The notes: a model not told the origin generated them from the letters alone. DNA of 53,138 nucleotides from Candidatus Dormiibacterota bacterium (GCA_036833175.1 DAITQH010000001.1:1-53138); one strand, 5' to 3'; numbered from the stretch's first letter, positions 32,941-41,494 are shown. Made by a program: numbers and translations.

Positions 32941-33247
32941 AAGTCTGGGCCAGTTGCTGGAGCGCCTTTTCTACTCCCAACCGCAACTCGTCACGTTCCT
33001 CGCGCATCAGGCCGGCCTCGGCCCGAGCTGACGCAAGCTGGTACCTGAGCCTTTCGATCTCTGTCTGGAGCTCACGCACGCGAGGGTCTGGGCCGTTGGA
33101 CGTGGTCTGGACCTCGGCCAGCTCCAGGCGCATGCGCTCGACGGTGACCTTCAGCTCGCGCCGCTCGGCGAGCAGCTGCTGGACGAGCGACTCAGACGGC
33201 TGTGTCGGCTCTTTCGACATAACGACAAAGGCCAGGCTGGAACTCAC
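32939..33247 (-). CDS. Hypothetical coiled-coil protein
   Basis: 102 aa from GTG 33247, or 93 aa from ATG 33220 (MSKEPTQPSESLVQQLLAERRELKVTVERMRLELAEVQ...). Heptad-like pattern throughout. Confidence 0.5.
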   Translation of the reverse strand: MSSSLAFVVMSKEPTQPSESLVQQLLAERRELKVTVERMRLELAEVQTTSNGPDPRVRELQTEIERLRYQLASARAEAGLMREERDELRLGVEKALQQLAQT

Positions 33248-33488
33248 GCAGCCGGAGGTGCTCCATCTCGCCGCGCAAATAGCGCGCTTTGATGCCCAGG
33301 CCCTTGATTCCTTTCGCCGTCTCGAAAGGAAACCTGTAGAGCTTTCCTGAATCGACCAGCAGGCAGACCGAGAGCTTCTCGCCGTCCTTCTCGATCACGT
33401 GCTTGTAGCAAGGCACGGTGCGCCGCGCGATCTCCATCTTCTTGAAACCGCCCACCTTCCCCGCCAGCACGTCGATCGGTCCTCGCAT
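33192..33488 (-). CDS. Hypothetical protein (no family recognised)
   Basis: 98 aa: MRGPIDVLAGKVGGFKKMEIARRTVPCYKHVIEKDGEKLSVCLLVDSGKLYRFPFETAKG... It starts 14 nt after the radical SAM gene stop. Confidence 0.5.
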   Translation of the reverse strand: MRGPIDVLAGKVGGFKKMEIARRTVPCYKHVIEKDGEKLSVCLLVDSGKLYRFPFETAKGIKGLGIKARYLRGEMEHLRLREFQPGLCRYVERADTAV

Positions 33489-33502
33489 GTTTGACAGAAA
33501 TG

Positions 33503-34423
33503 CTAGTTGAGTAGGGAGAGCTGCTCGGGCGCGGGCGGAGGGTTCAGGATGACCCGGCGCCGGTCAGTCACACCGTGGAGAGCCCTGAGCCGGGAGACCG
33601 CCTTCATCGTGGACTCGCCGTACGCCGGCGGCAGATAGGCGCGCTGGCCGTAGGCCTGCTCGTAGCGCGGCACCAGCTCTGGCCAGTGTTGGCCGAGGAC
33701 CGACATGAAGTGCTCACGAGTCCCGTCCTTGAGATGGAGCATGCCCGCCCAGAGCCCGGTTGCGCCCGCCGCTCGGGCGGCCTTGACCACGGCCTCGAGG
33801 CGATCGGGCCGATCCGACAGTCCGGGAAGGATGGGCGCCATCCCGACGCCTACGTCGATCCCCGCCGTGACCAGCTTCTCGATCGCGCGAAGGCGCTGTC
33901 TCGGATGTGCTGTTCCCGGCTCGGTCCGGCGCCAGACGTCTTCGTCGACTGTTGGGATGCTGAAGGTGATGTGGAGGCTGGCGCGGCGGGCCAGCTCCGA
34001 GAGGACGTCGATGTCGCGGACGATCATGGGACCGCGAGTGATCATCGCCGTGGGATTCGAGAAATCGCGGAGGGTCTGCAGGCACTGGCGGGTCAGCTTG
34101 TAGCGCCCCTCCGCCGGCTGGTAGGGATCGGTGGCGGCCCCGATCACCACCGTTTCTCGCTGCCAGGACCTCCGCGACAGCTCGCTGCGCAACACGGCCG
34201 CGACGTTGACCTTGACTCGGATGGCCCGGCCGTAGCGGTCGTCGGAGGGGCGGTCGGCGCGCAGCTCGAAGGCCCGCACGTAGCAGAAGGCGCAGCGGTG
34301 CTCACAGCCGGTGTAGGGGTTCAGCGACCAGGAGAAGCCCATGCCCTTCACGGGGTTCAGCGCGGACTTGCACTGGACCTCGAGGTACTCGACATCAGTC
34401 AGCCGGGCTTCGGGCGACTCCAT
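33503..34423 (-). CDS. Radical SAM protein, SplB-like 'DNA repair photolyase' (COG1533-type)
   Basis: Track ORF 33503..34759. The start is taken at ATG 34423 (MESPEARLTDVEYLEVQCKSALNPVKGMGFSWSLNPYTGCEHRCAFCYVRAF). CxxxCxxC cluster motif. The upstream 112 codons run through a repeat and are judged non-coding. Confidence 0.8.
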   Translation of the reverse strand: MESPEARLTDVEYLEVQCKSALNPVKGMGFSWSLNPYTGCEHRCAFCYVRAFELRADRPSDDRYGRAIRVKVNVAAVLRSELSRRSWQRETVVIGAATDPYQPAEGRYKLTRQCLQTLRDFSNPTAMITRGPMIVRDIDVLSELARRASLHITFSIPTVDEDVWRRTEPGTAHPRQRLRAIEKLVTAGIDVGVGMAPILPGLSDRPDRLEAVVKAARAAGATGLWAGMLHLKDGTREHFMSVLGQHWPELVPRYEQAYGQRAYLPPAYGESTMKAVSRLRALHGVTDRRRVILNPPPAPEQLSLLN

Positions 34424-34525
34424 CACCGCATGGTAGAACAAATGTTCGCCCTTAACAAGCTGGGTTGTGGCAGGCGATTTTCCGTGATTTCCTGGTCGCA
34501 GGCGTGCCGGTTGGGGGTGAGATCG

Positions 34526-34575
34526 GCCGGGAGGAGGGCGATCAGTAAGTCCCATCCTCATCGCCGCTTGCGCGC
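34526..34575 (-). repeat. Short dispersed repeat, copy 1 of 2
   Basis: Plus-strand GCCGGGAGGAGGGCGATCAGTAAGTCCCATCCTCATCGCCGCTTGCGCGC. It matches 44514-44579 apart from an extra block in that copy. It lies between nth and the radical SAM gene. Confidence 0.6.
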
Positions 34576-34587
34576 TGGGCCCTCGGT

Positions 34588-35352
34588 TTATGCCGGCGGT
34601 TTGCGGTGGCGGCGCTTCGGGCGAGTGGTCGACGAGGGGCAGAAGTCGTTCAGGACGCATTCCTCGCAGCGTGGCCGCCGCGCGATGCAGATCCGGCGTC
34701 CATGGAGGATGAGCCTCAGCGATAGGCCGGTCCATTCCTCCTTCGGCACCATGGCGCAAACCTGGTGCTCGATCTTCACCGGGTCGCGGGTCACGACCAA
34801 CCCCAGCAGGTTGGTGAGCCTCGTGACGTGCGTGTCGACCGCAAAGCCCGGCACGTTGAAACCAACCCCCAGAATCACGTTCGCCGTCTTGCGGCCGATG
34901 CCAGGGATCTTCACCAGGTCGTCCAGGTTGCCCGGAATCTCGCCGCCAAACAGCTCGACGATCTTCCGGCTGGCGTCGATGATCCGGCGCGTCTTCAACC
35001 TGAAAAACCCCGTCGGCTTGATCAACTGCTCGACGTCCGCCGGGTCCGCGGCGGCCAGGTCAGCCGCGGTCGGATAGCGCTTGAAAAGCTCCGGCGTGAC
35101 CAGGTTCACCGATCGGTCGGTCGTCTGAGCCGACAGGATCGTCGCGATCACCAGTTGAAAGGGATCCTGGTGCGCGAGCTCCGTCACCGCCGGATACAGG
35201 TCTCGCAGTCGCTCGACTGTAAGGAGCGCCCGCGTCTTCGCGCCTCGTGGCGGCGGGGGTGACATCCATGATTTCTTCGCTGATTTGTTGGCTGGTTTCG
35301 TGGCCGGTTTTTTCGCCGGCTTCGTCGCTGTCTTGACGGTCTTAGGAGCCAA
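34588..35352 (-). CDS. nth: Endonuclease III (DNA glycosylase/AP lyase), possibly with a Lys-rich N-terminal tail
   Basis: Motifs ATILSAQTTDRSVN and IPGIGRKTANVILG, and a 4Fe-4S loop CIARRPRCEECVLNDFC. The minimal start is ATG 35265. TTG 35352 would add APKTVKTATKPAKKPATKPANKSAKKSW. Confidence 0.9.
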   Translation of the reverse strand: MAPKTVKTATKPAKKPATKPANKSAKKSWMSPPPPRGAKTRALLTVERLRDLYPAVTELAHQDPFQLVIATILSAQTTDRSVNLVTPELFKRYPTAADLAAADPADVEQLIKPTGFFRLKTRRIIDASRKIVELFGGEIPGNLDDLVKIPGIGRKTANVILGVGFNVPGFAVDTHVTRLTNLLGLVVTRDPVKIEHQVCAMVPKEEWTGLSLRLILHGRRICIARRPRCEECVLNDFCPSSTTRPKRRHRKPPA

Positions 35353-35809
35353 GGAGCTTGCGTGCGGCGGCCGCGATCTGCGAGCCCTCGGCCCGGCCGG
35401 CAAGGCGCGCTGTTGCGTCTTTCATAACCAGTCCAAATCCCTTGGGGCCTTCGGGTTTCAGCTCGGCGATGACGGCGGCTACCTCGGCCTCCACGTCCTG
35501 CTGGCTCATCGCCGCGGGCAAGAACGCCTTCAAGACCTCCATCTCCGCCTCCTCCCGCCGCGCGGACTCCGCGCGCCCCGCCTTGCGATAGATCTCGATG
35601 GCCTCCTCACGACGCTTCACCTCTTTGCGCGCAAGGCGAACCACGAGCTCATCGTCGATCCGCCCGCCCGCCGCGCTTTCCTTGCTCGCCTTTACCAGCT
35701 CGCTCTTCAAAAGCGACAGCGTGTCCAAGGTCACATCGTCGCGGCGCCTTCGGGATTCGACCAACTCCGCCTGTATGCGGTCATAGAGGGACACGGCGGC
35801 GATTGTCAC
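35342..35809 (-). CDS. GatB/YqeY domain-containing protein
   Basis: 155 aa: SLYDRIQAELVESRRRRDDVTLDTLSLLKSELVKASKE...MSQQDVEAEVAAVIAEL. Confidence 0.8.
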   Translation of the reverse strand: MTIAAVSLYDRIQAELVESRRRRDDVTLDTLSLLKSELVKASKESAAGGRIDDELVVRLARKEVKRREEAIEIYRKAGRAESARREEAEMEVLKAFLPAAMSQQDVEAEVAAVIAELKPEGPKGFGLVMKDATARLAGRAEGSQIAAAARKLLGS

Positions 35810-35840
35810 ACATGCACCGATCGCCGATAATCGGCGCCTG

Positions 35841-36641
35841 ATGCCTTATGCCCTGATCGCCGGCCCGGCCGTAGCCCTGATCGGCATCGTCGCCGTCTTC
35901 TTCGTGCTGCGCCGCAAATCCGTGGACAAACGATCGATGTATTCGGCTCGCCGCTCTCAGATCGAGCACAAGGTGCGCGCGGCACGCCAGCGGACTCTCA
36001 CCGGAAGGGCTGAGAAGCCGGCGGAAGCCACCGTGGCACCGGTCCAAGGAACGACCTTCGCGACCCCACAGGCGCCGGTGGCGACGTACGAGCCATCGGC
36101 CTTCGAGCCGCCACCGGCTGCCATTCCGCCCATGGGAAGAGCAGTCCAGGAGGCGCCTTCGGCTTCACCCTGGGACGTCGGGCCTGCCGCGCCGCCACAC
36201 CCGCCGTTCGAGGCGCCGGCGGCTCCGCCTCCATATAAGCCCCCGCCCGCCGAAGAAGTGTGGACGCCGGCGCCGGCGCCGCCCCCAACCGCTGCGCCAC
36301 CCGAGCCCATGGCGCCGCGCGAGCCGCTTACGCCGGCCGAGCCCGCCCGCCCCGCGATCGCGCCAGCCGCGCCAGCCGCCTGGTCGGTGGTGGGAGAGGC
36401 GAAAGATTCGGCAGTCTCAGCCGAACCCGAGCCAAAGAAAAAGAAGGGCAAGCACCAGGACGATGCTCCCGCAGGGTCCTGGCAGCTGGCGTCGGGCAAC
36501 GCGCCAGGGGTTGAGCCGGAAGAGGTGATCAAGGCGCCAGGCCAGGGCGTCGCGATCGCTCAGTACGCGGTGCTGGTCGTCGGTTTGGTCGCGGTGTTGA
36601 TCGGCGTGCTGATCATGGTGGCCGGATCCCCGGTCAAGTAA
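35841..36641 (+). CDS. Pro/Ala-rich membrane protein (TM helix at each end)
   Basis: 266 aa: MPYALIAGPAVALIGIVAVFFVL... Pro-rich middle ... VAIAQYAVLVVGLVAVLIGVLIMVAG. Confidence 0.55.
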   Translation: MPYALIAGPAVALIGIVAVFFVLRRKSVDKRSMYSARRSQIEHKVRAARQRTLTGRAEKPAEATVAPVQGTTFATPQAPVATYEPSAFEPPPAAIPPMGRAVQEAPSASPWDVGPAAPPHPPFEAPAAPPPYKPPPAEEVWTPAPAPPPTAAPPEPMAPREPLTPAEPARPAIAPAAPAAWSVVGEAKDSAVSAEPEPKKKKGKHQDDAPAGSWQLASGNAPGVEPEEVIKAPGQGVAIAQYAVLVVGLVAVLIGVLIMVAGSPVK

Positions 36642-37542
36642 GCCCTTCGAGCATGCGGGCCGCCAGCCCTCCACCGCCGTCGGCCATCACCGTGTCGAGG
36701 ACGAGAGTTCGTAGCCCAATCGCCTCCACCTCCGCGGCCAGGTCCAGGTCGCGGCTGTCCAGCACGAAGGTCGCGGCGACCTCACGGTAGAGGCGCGCGA
36801 CCTCGACCGGTGTCGGCGGCGGACCAACGGCTCGCATCATCTCGACCGTCGGCCCTTTGAGTGAGGCGCCGCGAACGATCGGCGTGATCGCCACGGCGCG
36901 GTCCCGCGGAATCGTCGAACCGATGACTTTCAGGATTGGAGCAATCGAGATCAACGGGTTCGACGGCCCGATGATCACCAGGTCTGCCTCATCCAGCGCG
37001 GCCCGGACTTCCGGTGTCGGCCGCGCCGAGTCGATGCCCGCGAACTCGATCCTGCGCAGCGCGGGGGCAAGTCGCTCGCGCACGAAATACTCCTGAAAAG
37101 AAAACTCGCCCCTGTCGGTGAGGAATCTCGTCCGCACGCGCTCGTCCGTCATCGGAAGGACACGAGTCTCCACACCGAAGCGGCCGCACAGGGCGACGGC
37201 GCACTCCGTGAGAGTGCATCCACGGCCGAGCATCTCCGTGCGAAGAACGTGTGTCGCGAAATCCTTGTCGCCGATGCGAAACCACCCGGGTTCGCCGAGA
37301 CGCTCCAGGGCATCGAGAACGTGGAAGGAATCGTCTTTCATCCCGTATCCGGCGATGTCGTTGAACACCCCCGCCAGCCGGTAGATCACCGCGTCCACGT
37401 CCGGCGAGACGAGGTGGCCCCAGAACTCGTCGTCGTCCGCCGTGTTGGCGATGACCGTCAGTTGCCCCGGCGGAAGCAGTGGCTGCATCGCGGCCGCGAG
37501 CTTGGCGCCGCCGGTGCCGCCGGCCAGCAAGACAACCTTCAG
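36634..37542 (-). CDS. cofD: 2-phospho-L-lactate transferase (F420 biosynthesis, CofD/FbiA)
   Basis: The track ORF starts at TTG 37530 (MLAGGTGGAKL...). The three codons upstream read CTG AAG GTT GTC, giving (L/M)KVVLLAGGTGGAKL, which matches the usual CofD N-terminus MKVxVLAGGxGGA. GAGGA lies 9 nt before CTG 37542. Confidence 0.85.
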   Translation of the reverse strand: MKVVLLAGGTGGAKLAAAMQPLLPPGQLTVIANTADDDEFWGHLVSPDVDAVIYRLAGVFNDIAGYGMKDDSFHVLDALERLGEPGWFRIGDKDFATHVLRTEMLGRGCTLTECAVALCGRFGVETRVLPMTDERVRTRFLTDRGEFSFQEYFVRERLAPALRRIEFAGIDSARPTPEVRAALDEADLVIIGPSNPLISIAPILKVIGSTIPRDRAVAITPIVRGASLKGPTVEMMRAVGPPPTPVEVARLYREVAATFVLDSRDLDLAAEVEAIGLRTLVLDTVMADGGGGLAARMLEGLT

Positions 37543-38276
37543 CGGAAGAGGTCCTCAGCCGCAGGCCGCACGAGGTCTCGTCCGGTGCCATGTCCACGCA
37601 ATCCAAGCCCGCGGACGATGACCACCGGGGCTCGATTCGTCTTGCCCATCACCAACCCTGCCGCCGCGGCGAGCTCATCTGCCGGTGCAAGCACGGTCGC
37701 TTGAAGCTGCTTGCCATCGTCATCAACGCTGCCGCGCAGGTCGAGCAGGGCCGGCAGACCTGCGACTCCGAGGGCGACGTTGACGATGCCCAGCCTCCAC
37801 GGCCGGCCGAAGGTATCGGAAACGATCACACCGACCTCGACACCGACCAGTTCTCGCAACCGGTCGCGCAGCCGGTTGGCGCTGGCATCGGGGTCGAGGG
37901 GAAGCAGCGCCAGCTCATCCGCGCCCGGAACGTTTGAGTGGTCGACCCCGCCGTTCGCGCACACGAATCCGTGGCGGGTCTCTGTGATCAGGACTCGCTC
38001 GGATCGAAGCACGCGGACACTCTCGTCGAGGACCACCTGGACCATCCGCGGGTCGGGCGACGCGATGAGCTTCGACGCGATGCGCTTTGCCTCATCGGTC
38101 GCCGTCACCGAGCTCAGGCTGACGAGCCGTCCTTCGGACTTCGAGACCACCTTCTGGGCCACGATGAGCACGTCACCTGCTTCGAGCCTGAATCTCGAGC
38201 TGATCAGCTCCGCGAGGTCGTCGCCGGGACGGACCTCAGGCAGGCCCTCGACCGCGATCAGCTCGAGGCGTGTCAC
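37539..38276 (-). CDS. cofE: Coenzyme F420:L-glutamate ligase (CofE-type, single domain)
   Basis: Track ORF 37539..38675. The start is taken at GTG 38276 (GTGA overlap with the cofC stop): [25 protein letters not shown]...IVAQKVVSKSEGR. 245 aa, with no C-terminal nitroreductase-like domain. Confidence 0.85.
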   Translation of the reverse strand: MTRLELIAVEGLPEVRPGDDLAELISSRFRLEAGDVLIVAQKVVSKSEGRLVSLSSVTATDEAKRIASKLIASPDPRMVQVVLDESVRVLRSERVLITETRHGFVCANGGVDHSNVPGADELALLPLDPDASANRLRDRLRELVGVEVGVIVSDTFGRPWRLGIVNVALGVAGLPALLDLRGSVDDDGKQLQATVLAPADELAAAAGLVMGKTNRAPVVIVRGLGLRGHGTGRDLVRPAAEDLFR

Positions 38277-38872
38277 ACCGCACGCCGCAACCGCGCCAGG
38301 TCGCCAGGCTCGTCCAGGTCCAGCGCCATGGCGTCGGAATGATGGACCACGAACTCGACGCCACGGCTCTGCGCCTCCTGCCGGAACTTGGCGAGCGAGT
38401 CTGCGCCGAAATGGAGCGTGATCGCGTTTGGTGGACGTAGGTAGAGCGCATTCGTGCCGCCTCGACCGACGGCCGGCACGGCCACCGCCACGGGAGCATC
38501 GAGTCGCGAAGCCGAGTCGATGACGTCGCGCACCGCGTCGATAGTCACAAGCGGCAGGTCGCTGGACAGGAGCAGCACCGCCCCGGCGCCTTCCGCGACG
38601 GCCTTTGCGATGCCTCGCGCCGCGGCCGCGTTCTGGCCCTCCTGGCGAGGCTCCGCGATGACCTCCGCCCCCCACGACTTCGCGAGCTCCGCCACCTCTT
38701 CGCTGCCGGCGACTACCAGCACACGGTCGCCAGCCGCAGCGGCCCGCACGGCCAGCTCGGCATTGCGCTGCGCAAGACTTCGCCGCGCGCGCGGTCCAAG
38801 CGCCGGTTGAAGCCGCTGCTTGGCGGAATCGAAATCCTTGATCAGGACGATGACCCAGGTCGACACGGTCAT
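38273..38872 (-). CDS. cofC: 2-phospho-L-lactate/PEP guanylyltransferase (CofC/FbiD)
   Basis: ATG 38872 overlaps the fgd stop (ATGA): [25 protein letters not shown]...[11 protein letters not shown]. The track start 38878 is a GTG two codons upstream. Confidence 0.8.
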   Translation of the reverse strand: MTVSTWVIVLIKDFDSAKQRLQPALGPRARRSLAQRNAELAVRAAAAGDRVLVVAGSEEVAELAKSWGAEVIAEPRQEGQNAAAARGIAKAVAEGAGAVLLLSSDLPLVTIDAVRDVIDSASRLDAPVAVAVPAVGRGGTNALYLRPPNAITLHFGADSLAKFRQEAQSRGVEFVVHHSDAMALDLDEPGDLARLRRAV

Positions 38873-39867
38873 CCCCACTGCTTTCGCAGGCGCGGCAGGA
38901 TCTGCGAGCCGTAGAGCTTCAAGAAGCGGACCTGGTCATCGCCCGGCGCATGGAAGACCAGGTGGTTGAAGCCCAGGTCCAGGTAAGGCTTCAGCTGCTC
39001 GATATGCTCGTCCGGGTCGCTGGAGACCAACCAGCGCCGGTGCGCAACGTCCTCGACTCCGCGGGCCAGACGTTCCATCTCGCGCGGATCGTCAACCCCG
39101 GCCTTTGCTTCGGCAGGAAGGGCCAGAGCGGCCCAGATCTTCGTGTCTTCCAGCGCACGCGAACGATCGGTGTCGAACGACACCTTCACCTCGATCATGC
39201 GATCGAGCCCGCTTGCGTCCCGACCTGATTCCTTGGCTCCATCGGCGAACGACGGGAGCAACAGCTCGGAGTAGAGCTCCATTCCCTTGCCCGACGTGCA
39301 GATGAGGCCATCGCCTGCGCGCCCCGAGTACTTCGCGACCTGCGGGCCTCCGGCGCCGATGTAGATCGGCACCTGTTGATCGGGGCGGTCGTAAATCGTC
39401 GCGTTGCGCGTGTGGTAGTACGCGCCGTCAAACGTGACCGACTGCTCGGTCCACAAAAGGCGGATCAGCTTGACCGCCTCACGCAATCTGGCAAAGCGCT
39501 CCTTGTTGTCGGGCCACGCGATGCCGAGCGCGCCTTCGTTCAAATGCTCGCCGGTGCCAACGCCGAGGATCACGCGGTTGGGGAACAACGATCCGAGAGT
39601 CCCGAAAGCCTGCGCCACGATGGCGGGGTGATATCGAAAGGTCGGAGTCACAACCGAGGTGCCGAGTGCAACGCGCTTGGTCCGCTCTCCTGTTGCGGCG
39701 AGCCAAGCCATTGCAAAGGGCGCGTGCCCATCGGAGTGACGCCACGGCTGGAAATGGTCGCTGACGAACACGCTCTCGAAACCGTTCTGTTCGGCGGCGA
39801 CCGCAAAATCGAGCAGCTCCCGCGGGCCGAATTGTTCGGCAGAGGCCTTATAGCCGAGGCGCAGCAT
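38869..39867 (-). CDS. fgd: F420-dependent glucose-6-phosphate dehydrogenase (LLM family)
   Basis: 332 aa: [46 protein letters not shown]...[25 protein letters not shown]...[10 protein letters not shown]. Confidence 0.8.
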   Translation of the reverse strand: MLRLGYKASAEQFGPRELLDFAVAAEQNGFESVFVSDHFQPWRHSDGHAPFAMAWLAATGERTKRVALGTSVVTPTFRYHPAIVAQAFGTLGSLFPNRVILGVGTGEHLNEGALGIAWPDNKERFARLREAVKLIRLLWTEQSVTFDGAYYHTRNATIYDRPDQQVPIYIGAGGPQVAKYSGRAGDGLICTSGKGMELYSELLLPSFADGAKESGRDASGLDRMIEVKVSFDTDRSRALEDTKIWAALALPAEAKAGVDDPREMERLARGVEDVAHRRWLVSSDPDEHIEQLKPYLDLGFNHLVFHAPGDDQVRFLKLYGSQILPRLRKQWG

Positions 39868-39869
39868 CG

Positions 39870-40073
39870 TTAGGGCCGGGGGCGCGGCACGCGCTTGTAG
39901 TAACGCCCCCAGCTGAAGGCGACTCCGGCGATCGCGCTGACGACGACTACCGCCACGAGCGCGACCAGGCTGCGGCTGTCGAAGTTGCGGATCGCGCCCG
40001 CGGTCATGAATGCGACCAATGCGACGGCCAGAAGCATCATCACCACCAGCGTGATAGCGCGGTGGAGCTTCAT
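39870..40073 (-). CDS. Small two-TM membrane protein
   Basis: 67 aa: [27 protein letters not shown]...[20 protein letters not shown]. Its stop lies 2 nt before the fgd ATG. Confidence 0.45.
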   Translation of the reverse strand: MKLHRAITLVVMMLLAVALVAFMTAGAIRNFDSRSLVALVAVVVVSAIAGVAFSWGRYYKRVPRPRP

Positions 40074-40119
40074 CGTCCTGTTAGCTTACCGGCGCGTGGG
40101 CCAGCCCAGCCCGAGGGTC

Positions 40120-40713
40120 ATGCGGCTCGAGACGGTCACCTCGACCCAGGACGTCGCACGCCCGCTCCCGTTCGGCTCGATCGTGGTGGCGGAGCATCAG
40201 ACGGCCGGCCGCGGGCGGCTCGACCGTCGCTGGGAGGCGCCTCGTGGGACGGCACTGCTCGTCTCGTTCGTGTTACTTCCCAACCCGGTGCTGAGCCTGG
40301 CGGCCGGCATCGCCGCCGCCCATGCGTGTGGCCGCGGAGTTCGACTCAAGTGGCCCAACGACCTCCTGATGGACGGTCTCAAGGTCGGCGGAATCCTGGT
40401 CGAGGTCACGCGAACGACCGCGATCTGCGGCGTCGGCATCAACCTGGGCTGGGCCCCGCCGGGAGCAGCGAAGCTCGACGAGGACCGCGACCGGCTGCTC
40501 GACCGGCTCCGCGAGGAGATCGATCGATGGGTTGTGGCGGACGTGCCAGTCGTCCTGTCGCGGTGGCGCGAGCTCTCCGATACGTTGGGCCGGCGCGTGC
40601 GCGTCGAGCAGGGTGGCACTGTGATCGAGGGCACCGCGGAGGACATCGGACCGGCCGGCGAGCTGATCGTCGACGGCATGGCCATTGCTTTCGGCAGCGT
40701 CAGCCACCTATGA
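40120..40713 (+). CDS. birA: Biotin--[acetyl-CoA-carboxylase] ligase (group I, no HTH)
   Basis: Start at ATG 40120. Motifs VVAEHQTAGRGRLDRRW and LKWPNDLLMDGLKVGGILVE. Confidence 0.85.
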   Translation: MRLETVTSTQDVARPLPFGSIVVAEHQTAGRGRLDRRWEAPRGTALLVSFVLLPNPVLSLAAGIAAAHACGRGVRLKWPNDLLMDGLKVGGILVEVTRTTAICGVGINLGWAPPGAAKLDEDRDRLLDRLREEIDRWVVADVPVVLSRWRELSDTLGRRVRVEQGGTVIEGTAEDIGPAGELIVDGMAIAFGSVSHL

Positions 40714-41443
40714 GGTCGACGATCTCCGGCAGGATCTCGCCGGACTTGCCGTGGAGCGCGACCGCCGCCGCCTCGTCGAACGGAGTTGGTTCCGCGTTGA
40801 CGATGATCAGCTGCGCGCCGGACCTCAAGGCGACCAGCGGGATGTCAGCCGCCGGGTAAACGACCAGCGAAGATCCGACGACGAGCATCACGTCTGCCTC
40901 GCGTGCAAGCGCAATCGCCTGCTGGATCGCCGGCTGCGGCAGCGGTTCCCCGAAGAGCACGACCGTCGGTTTCAGAAAGAGGCCGCCGCATCGCGGACAT
41001 CGCGGCGGCATCTCGACCTCGAGTCTTGCCTGGACATCGCTGCGCGCCTCACGATTCCCGCAGTCGAGGCACCGGACCGTGCGCCCCGACCCGTGCAGCT
41101 CGATCACGTTGCGGCTGCCCGCCTCCTGGTGAAGGCCGTCGGTGTTCTGCGTGGCCACGGCAACCAACCGGCCGGATGCCTCGAGCGCGGCGAGTGCGCG
41201 GTGACCGGCGTTGGGACGGGCGGCAAGCGCCACGGTGCCGCGGTTCTTCGACACCTTCCAGTACTCGCTTGGGTCTGCCATGAAATATTCGATTGAGGCG
41301 ACCTTGACCGGGTCGTACTGCCTCCACAAACCGCCTTCACCGCGGAACGTAGGAATGCCGCTTTCCGCCGAGATGCCCGCGCCGGTCAGCGCCACGCAGC
41401 TCCGCGCGTTTCGGATCAGCTCCGCCGCATGCGCGGTCGTCAC
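40700..41443 (-). CDS. cobB: NAD-dependent protein deacylase (Sir2 family)
   Basis: Track ORF 40700..41605. The start is taken at GTG 41443 (VTTAHAAELIRNARSCVALTGAGISAESGIPTFRGEGGLW). Zn ribbon CLDCG...CPRCGG. Confidence 0.85.
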   Translation of the reverse strand: MTTAHAAELIRNARSCVALTGAGISAESGIPTFRGEGGLWRQYDPVKVASIEYFMADPSEYWKVSKNRGTVALAARPNAGHRALAALEASGRLVAVATQNTDGLHQEAGSRNVIELHGSGRTVRCLDCGNREARSDVQARLEVEMPPRCPRCGGLFLKPTVVLFGEPLPQPAIQQAIALAREADVMLVVGSSLVVYPAADIPLVALRSGAQLIIVNAEPTPFDEAAAVALHGKSGEILPEIVDLIGG

Positions 41444-41494
41444 GATAGGCCGCGCATGAAATGAGCTGGCACCATCGGCCGGTATCTTAGGTTC

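Noticed and set aside
33192-33247. Frameshifted single gene spanning ORFs 33488..33192 and 33247..32939
   Set aside because: The two translations have different character (mixed beta-like versus pure coiled coil). I see no slippery sequence and no family that would demand a fusion, so they are kept as two overlapping ORFs with low confidence.
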